Assembly (NCBI GenBank): GCA_009781395.1
Contig: WQYG01000001.1
Location: 3,526-67,525, forward strand
DNA: 64,000 nucleotides
Direction: 5' to 3'
Origin: Candidatus Bathycorpusculum sp.
GTDB lineage: Archaea > Thermoproteota > Bathyarchaeia > Bathyarchaeales > Bathycorpusculaceae
Shown here: positions 29,064 through 38,131 of the stretch, piece after piece
How the letters are laid out: every line of letters begins with the position of its first letter
Position numbering within the stretch: the first letter of the stretch is position 1
Translations under genes and position numbers: made by a program
The notes under the pieces: generated by a model
What the model was told of the DNA's origin: nothing
What the model saw: the letters and a program-made list of their open reading frames with translations, nothing else
The model's database searches: none

Positions 29064-30281
29064 CCATGCAGCAACATCAAGTAAAATCGCAAACAGAGGT
29101 GCCAAAATCCCTGCAGATGCGTTAGAAGGCGCATTAGTTACCACCTTACCTTGCAGATAACTAATGTCATAGTTGTTATACCCTTGTTTAAATGGGGCTG
29201 TCCACTGCTTGCCCTTTATCTGCTCATTGTACACCTTGTCATGTACGGGCAACCTATCACATGCTGCAGAAGCGCTATTGTTTGAAAAAACTACTGACTT
29301 ACTAACTACAAGCTTTCTAAATTCTGCTATGACATTAGTGTTAGTAACCCAAACTCCACCACCATCACCCGCTGCTACATTACCCAAAATCATACCCCCC
29401 AACAAATCAACCTGACCACTGCTAATGTACACCCCACCACCATTAGTAGCCCTGTTATTTGAAATAACACAAGAATCACCTACCATACTAAACGTATCAA
29501 AACTATTACACACCCCACCACCCCATTCACGGGCATTATTGCTATCAAGCATGCCACCATACATAACAAAAATTTTGTCGTTATCTACCCCACCACCCGA
29601 AGTAGCTGTATTATTGGCAATCTTGCCACCAAACATCTCAAAAACACCAACATTAAACACCCCACCACCAAGACATTCCGCAATGTTACCCGAAATTTCG
29701 CCTCCAAACATGCTAAACGTACCATGATTTTGTACTCCCCCACCACTAGCAAAAGCTTGATTATTGTCGGAAATTTTGCCACTGTTCAAGATAAGTCTAC
29801 CACCAGCATCAACAAACACCCCTTTACCTATCACACCTGACGCATGAGTCACAATAATACCATCAAGCGTTAACACTCCACCCCCCTCAACAGCAAGAGT
29901 TGCATAACCCAAAGTAAGATGACCACTTGCACCAAACAATTTAAAAAAACTAGACCCATCACTTGTTAACGTAATGTTTGCACCGGTAGAAACGTTAAGT
30001 GTGGACTCTGTAAGATAAATATCTGCAGTAAACACAACAACTACAGGCTTACCAACCACCCCCACAGCTTGCCTAAGTTCAACCTCATTTTTAACATATA
30101 CACCAATAACCTCTTCTAAAGAAGAACCATCATCACGGCCTACCGCTAACATACAAGACGATAAAGAAGAAAACAATAGCCCAAACAAAAGAAAAACAAC
30201 CAATAACCCTCTACAAAAACTGCTAAACTTAAACTGGGCCTTAACACTCACAACCATACAACATCTACCACAAATAAGCAT
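28992..30281 (-). CDS. Secreted beta-helix adhesin-like protein with GGGVxN repeats; C-terminus may be truncated
   Basis: Signal/TM N-terminus; GGGVQN, GGGVFN, GGGVDN, GGGVCN, GGGVY, GGGVW; the 3' end overlaps the Hjc-like gene. Confidence 0.75.
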   Translation of the reverse strand: MLICGRCCMVVSVKAQFKFSSFCRGLLVVFLLFGLLFSSLSSCMLAVGRDDGSSLEEVIGVYVKNEVELRQAVGVVGKPVVVVFTADIYLTESTLNVSTGANITLTSDGSSFFKLFGASGHLTLGYATLAVEGGGVLTLDGIIVTHASGVIGKGVFVDAGGRLILNSGKISDNNQAFASGGGVQNHGTFSMFGGEISGNIAECLGGGVFNVGVFEMFGGKIANNTATSGGGVDNDKIFVMYGGMLDSNNAREWGGGVCNSFDTFSMVGDSCVISNNRATNGGGVYISSGQVDLLGGMILGNVAAGDGGGVWVTNTNVIAEFRKLVVSKSVVFSNNSASAACDRLPVHDKVYNEQIKGKQWTAPFKQGYNNYDISYLQGKVVTNAPSNASAGILAPLFAILLDVAAWLSVPVSVGWLWWCVFLLVCFVGV

Positions 30282-30386
30282 TAACCATTATTTATAAGCC
30301 ATTTCACTCTTTTTTTACTCAACCTAACACACCAACTTCTAAATCCCAAAAATAATGTCAAAATAAACACATAAAAATGAACCTCA

Positions 30387-31544
30387 TTATTTCTTTCTTC
30401 TTTTAACTGCTAAGGCTATGACGGCTGACACAGTCATAATTGCTGTTAGTCCAATTGTTATGAGGGCAATTCGGTTAAGCTCAAAAGTTGTCTGAGTAGT
30501 TTTATGGGGAATTGATAGAAACTGTTCAGGGGTTTTAGCCGTATGGTCATAGTCACTTGGTACATATTGCTCATTTATAGCAACTTTAGTAACTGGTGTT
30601 GTTCGGGAGTAATGGTTTAAAAGTTCATCAGAAGTGTACCCTCCAATTACATACAAAACATCATCAACCACAGCCACGCCAAAACCGTCTCGAGCGGTAG
30701 GCAGAGGTTTGATAGTTGACCAAGTATTACTTATAGGATCATAAACTGAGTTATAAAATGTCAAAGTATCAAAGTCATATCCCGTGCCTATGATATAAAT
30801 TCTTTGAGGCACATAAACCCCCGAGGTTACAACAGCAAGGGTGCCTCCATGAGGATCTACTTGTCCTTTGTTCCATTGATCATTTTTTGGGTCATAAATC
30901 ATAACCTTCTGCGCAGTATCTGTATCTGCACCAAAATTGTAGGCGTCAACAACCACTAATTTATTGTCCATCACAACTGTGAGATAGCTTGGTGACCTGT
31001 AAAAGTTAGGCATACTAGATTTTTGAATCCATGAATCAGCAGCTATATCATACATAAACAAATCACCGCCATAGGTAAAGAAAATTTGGCCATCTATAGC
31101 ACAGGGGCGTATTGTTGTTCCTCCCCTACGGGGCATAGACGTTTTAGTACTCCAACGGTTAGTAACTGTATCATAAACCTCAACCGCTAACAACCCGTAT
31201 TCAGTGCTATATGAGCCTCCTATACAATAAATTTTGTTTTGATATGCGACAATCCCAAAGTTTGTTCGTGGTGTAGGCATAGCTGTCAGAGTAGTCCATG
31301 TGTCCGTTTTAGGATCATAACACTCATTAGTACCTACTACTGTACCATCAATTGTGCTACCGCCAATGGCATAAATTTTGCCATCCACTGCAACAACCCC
31401 TAACCCACTTCGTGCCTCGCTCATGGGGGCTTTTGTATTCCAAGAATCCTCAACCAATTCTGACGATAAAACAGGATTAACCCCTATTATAAAAAATCCA
31501 CATATGATGAAGATAAGCAGTATGAGGGACAAGATTTTTCTCAT
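30387..31544 (-). CDS. Secreted kelch-repeat protein with C-terminal TM anchor (kelch 3)
   Basis: KIYAIGG...YDPKTDTW, KIYCIGG, VLYVIGG; TM helix plus KRRKK tail. Confidence 0.88.
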   Translation of the reverse strand: MRKILSLILLIFIICGFFIIGVNPVLSSELVEDSWNTKAPMSEARSGLGVVAVDGKIYAIGGSTIDGTVVGTNECYDPKTDTWTTLTAMPTPRTNFGIVAYQNKIYCIGGSYSTEYGLLAVEVYDTVTNRWSTKTSMPRRGGTTIRPCAIDGQIFFTYGGDLFMYDIAADSWIQKSSMPNFYRSPSYLTVVMDNKLVVVDAYNFGADTDTAQKVMIYDPKNDQWNKGQVDPHGGTLAVVTSGVYVPQRIYIIGTGYDFDTLTFYNSVYDPISNTWSTIKPLPTARDGFGVAVVDDVLYVIGGYTSDELLNHYSRTTPVTKVAINEQYVPSDYDHTAKTPEQFLSIPHKTTQTTFELNRIALITIGLTAIMTVSAVIALAVKRRKK

Positions 31545-31643
31545 AATCATCAACTATAGATAATTGTTTTTTTTTTTGCATAATATATACTTTTCTTAAA
31601 AATAAGTTTTACAGAGCAAAATGTGTGGTGGGCAGGTTTTGTT

Positions 31644-32351
31644 TTATTGTTTTTGGTTTAGGTGTTCAAATGTTTTGGGGTATGTTTTTAGTTGGTGTAT
31701 GTGGGCGGGGAGTTGGTTTAGGAAGTTTTGTAGTTGTAGTATGGGGACTATGGGGATGTTGTTGTAGAATTTGGTGTTGTTTTGTGTTAGGGAGAGGATT
31801 GTGGGGATGAATTGTGCGTTTTTCCATTTGGTGCATTCGAGTTGTAGTTTGGGGTTTGGGAGTGTTTCTGTTAGGGCTTTTGTGCGGTTTGCTTGGGTGG
31901 TTGCGATTTTTTTTAGTGTTAAGGGTGAGATGGTGTGTCCCCAGTGTTTGCAGTCTATGCATATGACTATGGGGTGTTTGCAGCCTATGGCGTCGATTTC
32001 CCATTTGCGGTTTGGTGTTTTGAAGTGTACGTTTTTGTAGACTATAAAGTCGTTGTTGTGTAGGGCTATGGCTGTGATTTCTTCGAATTCTTGCCAGCAT
32101 AGTGTGTTGCTGACGTGTTCGATGTCGGCGCCTAAGGTGACGGCTTTTATGGCTAGTTTTAGTCGGTCATTGGTTGAAACGTTTATTGTTTCGTTGGTTA
32201 GGTTGAGTAGGTCTTCGGTTTGTAGTTTTTCCAGTAGGGTGTGTATTGTTTCGGTGGGTAGGTTGGTGTTGTTTTTAATGTGTTTGGTTAATGTTGTGTT
32301 TTTTTGGGTTAGTTTTAGAAGTGAGAGTATAAAGTTGCGTTCGATGCTCAA
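31644..32351 (-). CDS. Winged-helix plus restriction-endonuclease-like (Mrr/NERD-type) protein
   Basis: WQEFEE...EIDAIG...CIDCKHW PD-(D/E)xK pattern. Confidence 0.7.
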   Translation of the reverse strand: MSIERNFILSLLKLTQKNTTLTKHIKNNTNLPTETIHTLLEKLQTEDLLNLTNETINVSTNDRLKLAIKAVTLGADIEHVSNTLCWQEFEEITAIALHNNDFIVYKNVHFKTPNRKWEIDAIGCKHPIVICIDCKHWGHTISPLTLKKIATTQANRTKALTETLPNPKLQLECTKWKNAQFIPTILSLTQNNTKFYNNIPIVPILQLQNFLNQLPAHIHQLKTYPKTFEHLNQKQ

Positions 32352-32388
32352 GGTGAAGCCTCTTTAAGTGTATGTTAGAGGGTGTTTG

Positions 32389-32993
32389 GTATACAAAAGC
32401 ATCAACCGAACATATTTTTTGTGCTTATGGTTTTTTCTTTTTTTGTAAAGGGTCATACTGATTTCCTAAGCGTTGTATGGTTGTTGTATGTGGTGTTGTT
32501 GAAAATAATTCTTTCGTTAGGGGGTGTTTTTTGTTAGGGGGTTTTGTTGGCTTCGTTAGTTGTGGTTGTTTTTTTGGTTGGTGATGGGCGAATTATTGTT
32601 GTTTGTGTTAGTTATTTGTTGTTTTGTTGTTTGTTTTTAACTGTTTAGTGTAAAAAATGTTTGTTCGAATTTTTTTCGTTATTGTGAAACGGCAAAGTTG
32701 TCTAAAACGTTATATAATCGCGGTTAATTGTGTGCTGTAAGGGAAAAAGTTGTGGTGAGTCGGGTTGTTTGAGGGTTTTGAGGGGGTTGTGATTGAGTTT
32801 TGGCGAGGTTTTAAGTGTTTTAGGGTTTGTTTTTCTTTTTTGACGCTATTTTTGTTTATGTTTTGGGTGACAAAAATTGTTTTTGTTTTTTGTAGGGTAT
32901 GATTATATAAGGTTCGTTTGTTTTCGTTTTATTTTTGGCATTTGAGGTTTTAGATTTTAGTGTTAACTGTGTTTTGTTGATGCTTTTGTATAC
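32389..32993. mobile_element. 605-bp non-coding element bounded by 18-bp perfect inverted repeats (motif copies 5 and 6); MITE-like
   Basis: GTATACAAAAGCATCAAC at 32389 and GTTGATGCTTTTGTATAC ending at 32993; interior is G/T-rich with no credible ORF. Confidence 0.6.
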
Positions 32994-33042
32994 AAGCATG
33001 ATCAAACTTTGTTAAAATGCGCCATTTGCCAAGAAAAAAGAG

Positions 33043-33732
33043 TTAGTAAAAAGGCAGCTGCTTTTTTTGATGCTTACCCGGCGGTTTTTGTTTTCTTTGA
33101 AGCCACAGCGTTGCTCGCTTAAACTCTAAAGGCGTGTTTATGCTAAAAAATGAGTGCAACTCGGGATCTATTTGTTTAATAACAGACATTGAAATATACC
33201 TCACCCCCCTAAGTTTTTCAACAATTGCCCACAAATCCGCGGTCATCACCCCTTCGTCAATTACGGTTTGTTTTGCGATTTCCAAAACAGTTTTTGTTTG
33301 ATATACCGCACATAAAGGTTCAATTTCGTTGTCAGGGGTTCGTGAAACAGCAGCTGTTTTGCCCATAGCCAAATCTATTAGAAACTGGGCAAGATTTTTG
33401 TTAACAAACGGGGCATCATAGGACAGCAAAAGCGCATATTTACCCTGCGCAGCTTCAAAACCCGCTATAACCTCACCTACAACGTTAGTTGTTTGTTGAT
33501 TGTCAATTGTGAATTTGACGGTTTTAGGTAAAAATTTAGCATACCTATCTGCACGCTCTTGCGTATTAGTCACAATTATTACTTCATCAACTAGAGCGTT
33601 AACGATATCAAAAACGTGTCTAATCAAAACTTTATTGTCTAGAAGCATTGTGCCTTTATCGTCTGGGAAGCCTTTTGAGGTTCCACCTGTAAGTATAACA
33701 GCTGAAATGTCTATTGTCAATCTTTTTTTCAC
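33043..33732 (-). CDS. MobA-like NTP transferase (divergent)
   Basis: AVILTGGTSKGFPDDKG, SYDAPFV, EPLCAVY, SINTP. Confidence 0.75.
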   Translation of the reverse strand: MKKRLTIDISAVILTGGTSKGFPDDKGTMLLDNKVLIRHVFDIVNALVDEVIIVTNTQERADRYAKFLPKTVKFTIDNQQTTNVVGEVIAGFEAAQGKYALLLSYDAPFVNKNLAQFLIDLAMGKTAAVSRTPDNEIEPLCAVYQTKTVLEIAKQTVIDEGVMTADLWAIVEKLRGVRYISMSVIKQIDPELHSFFSINTPLEFKRATLWLQRKQKPPGKHQKKQLPFY

Positions 33733-33789
33733 AGTCTAAATAACAAGTCACCATAGCCTTAAGGCTGCTGGCTGTAATTGCTATTATAA

Positions 33790-34578
33790 TTATGTGACTT
33801 CATTTTTTTCAATTTTAGACGCCATTTCAGCTATTATTTTTGTGAAGAGATGATCAGGTTTATCTTGTGGAAAGAGGAATCTGCCTTCAGCTTCTTTGAC
33901 GTCACAAAAACATGGCAACACCCCAAGCAGAGGGACTTTATAGTCTTCTTTAACCACTTTGGCTAATTCCGCATCATCATCGTTTTTGTTTGAACTACAC
34001 GTGACTTTATTTAATACTAAACCCGTTTTCTTTTCAAACATGCTGTAAAAATCAGCTAACATACGTTTAGTTCCATTTACATCTGAACAGTCACCTGTCG
34101 TGGTTACAACCACAAAATCCGCAGTTACAATAGCATTTAAAGAAGAATATTGCAAGCCGGGACTAGTGTCAAAAAAGATGTAGTCAAACTTTTGTTCGAC
34201 AATAAGAAGTTTTCTTAAATCCAATATACGACCAAGAGCACGCATTTCCCATTTACGATCTTTTGTTGTCATATCCTGCATAGCCTGCGTAGAAGGATTT
34301 GCCAACCCTGCATAAAACTTACCCGCATTAGGTATTCTTTCACTTAAGTCAATTAAAACCTGACCTATCTCACATTTACCATTTAAATAATCATTTAACC
34401 ACGTTTCAACTTTCTTACAGTCATGATTTAATATAGCAAAAAGACTTGGCGCTCTAAAATCTAAATCACATATAGCAACTTTTTTACCTTGCTTAACAAA
34501 GGTAGCGGCCAAATTAACGGATAAACTAGTTTTTCCCGTTCCACCTTTGTATGAGTGCGTAGCTACAATTTTACCCAT
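33790..34578 (-). CDS. MinD/ParA-family ATPase
   Basis: Deviant Walker A SYKGGTGKT, DLDF, FDTSPG, LVLNKV. Confidence 0.9.
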   Translation of the reverse strand: MGKIVATHSYKGGTGKTSLSVNLAATFVKQGKKVAICDLDFRAPSLFAILNHDCKKVETWLNDYLNGKCEIGQVLIDLSERIPNAGKFYAGLANPSTQAMQDMTTKDRKWEMRALGRILDLRKLLIVEQKFDYIFFDTSPGLQYSSLNAIVTADFVVVTTTGDCSDVNGTKRMLADFYSMFEKKTGLVLNKVTCSSNKNDDDAELAKVVKEDYKVPLLGVLPCFCDVKEAEGRFLFPQDKPDHLFTKIIAEMASKIEKNEVT

Positions 34579-34951
34579 AACTTTCAACCTTCCCTCTATC
34601 AAGATAAAAACATGTTTTTCGACCTTTACGCATTTTTTTAATATAACCCATAGTTACCAACTGGTTTAGATAAGAACTTTCAACTGCTCTAGCACGATTT
34701 GTTTGCTCAGCAATTTCCTCTGCAGTGGCACGACCGGTTCTACATATAACTATAGCTGTTTTTCGTAAGTGATCAGGCATGTTAAGCAATGTCATAACAT
34801 CAAGAGAATTCTCAGGAACCATTGTATCTCTATGACTAGATTTCTGAACATTAATAACAACATCCATTTTATTGTTGAGCGTTTCAAGGTTCTCCTTGAT
34901 CTTCTCTAGTAAACTGTATGTTCTTTTCCCTACACCTACTTCTCTGCTCAA
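34571..34951 (-). CDS. Coiled-coil plus winged-helix DNA-binding protein, translationally coupled to the ParA/MinD ATPase
   Basis: ATAEEIAEQTNRARAVESSYLNQLVTMGYIKK wHTH; 8-nt overlap with the ATPase start. Confidence 0.75.
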   Translation of the reverse strand: MSREVGVGKRTYSLLEKIKENLETLNNKMDVVINVQKSSHRDTMVPENSLDVMTLLNMPDHLRKTAIVICRTGRATAEEIAEQTNRARAVESSYLNQLVTMGYIKKMRKGRKTCFYLDRGKVESYG

Positions 34952-35090
34952 CCAGTTTCACCGAACTTACTCAATTAATTGTTCATCAAGTATACACGTC
35001 AACCTAAATATTAACTCTTCGGAAAAAACAGTCCAACAACAAACAAGAGAAAACAAAAAGATTTTTCAAAAATATACATAACAATAGCAG

Positions 35091-36101
35091 TCAAATAGGC
35101 GGCTTATAGATGACTTTATTGTTAAGAGTTTTTGTCCAAAGCTGAAATTTTTCTGAAGGCTGAAACAACTCATAAAGATTTTTACGCCTAGCTTCCAAAA
35201 ACTGATTGTCTTGTCCCATAAACTCTGCAGCCGTCAAGAGTCTATGATCACTACGATCTGCACAATCTTTAACAGAAGCAATTTTTTGTTTGAAAAACTC
35301 ATCTCGAAGAGTGTGATGTTCCAAAATTGTAACTGGCACCGTTTCAACAATAGTTTCAAGATTGTTTACAGCATTTTGTACTAAAGCTTCGTTTAACTGA
35401 GAACCCGCAAGATAAAAAGGCGGACCTCCAAGCATAAGTAGAGTGGGACAAGTTTTCAAAATTAGTTGCTGAGTATAATTAGACATGGGCCCTTGGATGT
35501 CAGGGGCAAACATGAACCGCTCATCTTGATAGACTATAGTAGTCATTATTACATACCCCCTTGTAGAGTTGTCTTCGCCATGAGGAACCGCTTTAGAACA
35601 AAATATTTCAGTGTTACCATACATGAAAACCCGGTCATCTACTTCTTGCACCACTTTAGCATGCTTTGCACCTGTTTTTAGAAACATTTCAGCACGTTCC
35701 CGTTGACTAGAGTTAATGTTTTCTTTTGGACTTTTGATAAGTAACGTTTTGTCTTGATAAATTTGACGTGCCGTTTCCATTTTGGCGGTCCAGTTAACTA
35801 ACCAATCTTCAAAAGAAGGTGTATGATGATCATAATGATAATGACTAAGGGTTATGATTTGAGCTTTATCTGCAGCAGAGGCAATTTTTTCTCGAAGAAC
35901 CTGTATAGTTTGAAATTCAATTGGATGAGGCGGCAGGTTGAATCGCCAAGGACAAAGAGAAAGACCCGCATCTAAAAGAATGGTAACATCCGGTGTTTGA
36001 ACAAGAGTACACATCGAACGAACACCAAAGCTCTCCGCTGCTAAAGGTGTAACGTAAATTTGTCTAAGCGGATTCATTTGACGACTCATACCATTCCTCA
36101 A
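35091..36101 (-). CDS. Metallo-beta-lactamase-fold hydrolase (UPF0282-like)
   Basis: PLAAESFGVRSMCT, LSHYHYDH, VPHG, DIQGP, LEHH. Confidence 0.85.
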   Translation of the reverse strand: MRNGMSRQMNPLRQIYVTPLAAESFGVRSMCTLVQTPDVTILLDAGLSLCPWRFNLPPHPIEFQTIQVLREKIASAADKAQIITLSHYHYDHHTPSFEDWLVNWTAKMETARQIYQDKTLLIKSPKENINSSQRERAEMFLKTGAKHAKVVQEVDDRVFMYGNTEIFCSKAVPHGEDNSTRGYVIMTTIVYQDERFMFAPDIQGPMSNYTQQLILKTCPTLLMLGGPPFYLAGSQLNEALVQNAVNNLETIVETVPVTILEHHTLRDEFFKQKIASVKDCADRSDHRLLTAAEFMGQDNQFLEARRKNLYELFQPSEKFQLWTKTLNNKVIYKPPI

Positions 36102-36331
36102 ATATAGTTTACCAAGGAAGTAATAAAATATGCCGTCTTTGACAATAAACCTTCAAAAAAAGAAAGCCCCAAAAAAAGGAAGAGGCTTGTTTGGAGCTGT
36201 TTAGACGATGATTAGTTATTGGAAATCTTGTAACATCTTTTATAAGGTTGATTTTTTCATAAAACTTTATGGAAGCATCATACGCCTATTAATTTACTAA
36301 TAATAGGATTTGAAGCTAAAGGTGTCTTACA

Positions 36332-36904
36332 ATGTTAGAAACCGCCTCATCAAGTAAAGCAGCAGATCAGTTGCTAAAGGAAATTGCCGATATTGCCGTT
36401 GTAGAATTCCTTCCAATTGTTGGACCCGCCAGAGGAAAAGTTTTAAGTGAAGAAACAAAAAAAGCCAAACCAAAACGAGTTCTTGAAATAGGCACCTTCA
36501 TTGGCTACTCCACAATTCTAATAGCCCGTGAATTGGAAAAAAATTCCCAACTCATAACCATAGAAGAACATTTAACAGAAACAGAAGTAGCAAAAAACAA
36601 CCTTGCACAAGCCGAACTTGATGTTAACGTACAAATAATCAACGGCGACGCAATTGAAATAATCCCAACCCTAACAGACAAGTTTGACTTTGTCTTTCTT
36701 GACGCCGCCAAAGAAGAATACTTTCACTACCTTCAACTAATAGAAGACAAACTTGAAAAAGGCGCCATACTTGTAGCCGACAACGCAGGCAAATTTGCCA
36801 CCGAAATGAAAGACTACCTAGACTACGTCCGCACATCAAACAAATACCAAAGCCACTACATAAGCATAAGCGACGACGGCCTAGAAATCAGCACCAAACT
36901 CTAA
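36332..36904 (+). CDS. Class I SAM-dependent O-methyltransferase
   Basis: VLEIGTFIGYST, GDA, FDFVFLDAAK, VADNA. Confidence 0.9.
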   Translation: MLETASSSKAADQLLKEIADIAVVEFLPIVGPARGKVLSEETKKAKPKRVLEIGTFIGYSTILIARELEKNSQLITIEEHLTETEVAKNNLAQAELDVNVQIINGDAIEIIPTLTDKFDFVFLDAAKEEYFHYLQLIEDKLEKGAILVADNAGKFATEMKDYLDYVRTSNKYQSHYISISDDGLEISTKL

Positions 36905-37128
36905 AAACATAATAGAAAAAAGGTCTTGCTCGTTAGTTAACCTAAAGGTTTTTAATGATTCAAAAGAGTATATTTGATTGGTGGGCTATGACGATTCTGG
37001 CCCCGTAGACAATAGGATGATATGGATCTTGAGTGCGACACACCATTACCTTAATCATCAGATTAAGCCGATAATGGCACGAGCCCACCACCTCTAAGAT
37101 AAAAACAAAGGAATACGGGGAATAAAAT

Positions 37129-37962
37129 ATGGTACATTTAAGTAAAAAAATTGCAGTAGTGTCTATTCTTGTGTTAGTTATGTTAGGAGCACTTTTAGTT
37201 GAGTCTTGTGTAGCACCTATAGTGACACCTACTAATCCTAAGGCGGCACCTGAAGTTATCTCCGTAGTGATACATAATAATCCTGTTTGGGAACCTCCAA
37301 TAACTAACACTAACCCCTATACTGGAGAAGTTATATCTACCCAACCAGGTTACTGGATATACAATGGATCTATAGAAATAACCCTTAAGAACCGTCCTTT
37401 CACAGCCTACACTGACGAAAACGGCAACACCATAAACACGTACTATTGCATCTTTTACAAACTCCTTAACTCTAACTTTGGATGGCTAGGTACATCTCCA
37501 GGAGGCGGTGTTAGTCTGCCCATTGCAATATACCAATCAGACACTGCCCATACAGTTATACCCTTTAAATATGGTGATGAATCTGGGTGGGGACTTGTTG
37601 GTGATGTAAGTTTTCGTATTCAAACTGTAGAGGAAGGGTATTTTATTCATAATCAGATTTATGAGGGTGTGGGAAGTGTATGGACCGAATTCACAATAAC
37701 TATACCTCAGGGAGATCATACCTCTAGTATTTTAAAACCTACTATAAAACCCACAACGGTTATGCCTTCAACTTCTGATTCTAACATTTTGCCCCCTTCT
37801 AATCCTTATAGTTCTTGGCTATCTTATCTTGTCATTATTCTTGTTGCAGTATGCATTATTGTAATTTCTGTAGGGGTTGTTGTATATTTTAATAGGCAAC
37901 ATAGAAAAACTATACCTCTAAATGGTTCGGCAGGGGTTGTTTGTGAGGTGAGTGCAGTATGA
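37129..37962 (+). CDS. Secreted/membrane-anchored hypothetical surface protein
   Basis: Signal peptide, Thr/Pro/Ser-rich linker, C-terminal TM helix and basic tail. Confidence 0.7.
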   Translation: MVHLSKKIAVVSILVLVMLGALLVESCVAPIVTPTNPKAAPEVISVVIHNNPVWEPPITNTNPYTGEVISTQPGYWIYNGSIEITLKNRPFTAYTDENGNTINTYYCIFYKLLNSNFGWLGTSPGGGVSLPIAIYQSDTAHTVIPFKYGDESGWGLVGDVSFRIQTVEEGYFIHNQIYEGVGSVWTEFTITIPQGDHTSSILKPTIKPTTVMPSTSDSNILPPSNPYSSWLSYLVIILVAVCIIVISVGVVVYFNRQHRKTIPLNGSAGVVCEVSAV

Positions 37963-38131
37963 CTGAGCAGCAAAGTGTTGAGGTTTCTTCTGTTGTGTAG
38001 TAGGTTTTAGGTAAGTTGAATGTGTGTATGGTAGATTAAATGGAATAAATAAAAAAAGTATGATGGTTGATTTGTTTATTGTTTTCTTGATTTTGGTGGT
38101 TTAAACTGTTTGGTTGCAGTAAGGTTGGTGT

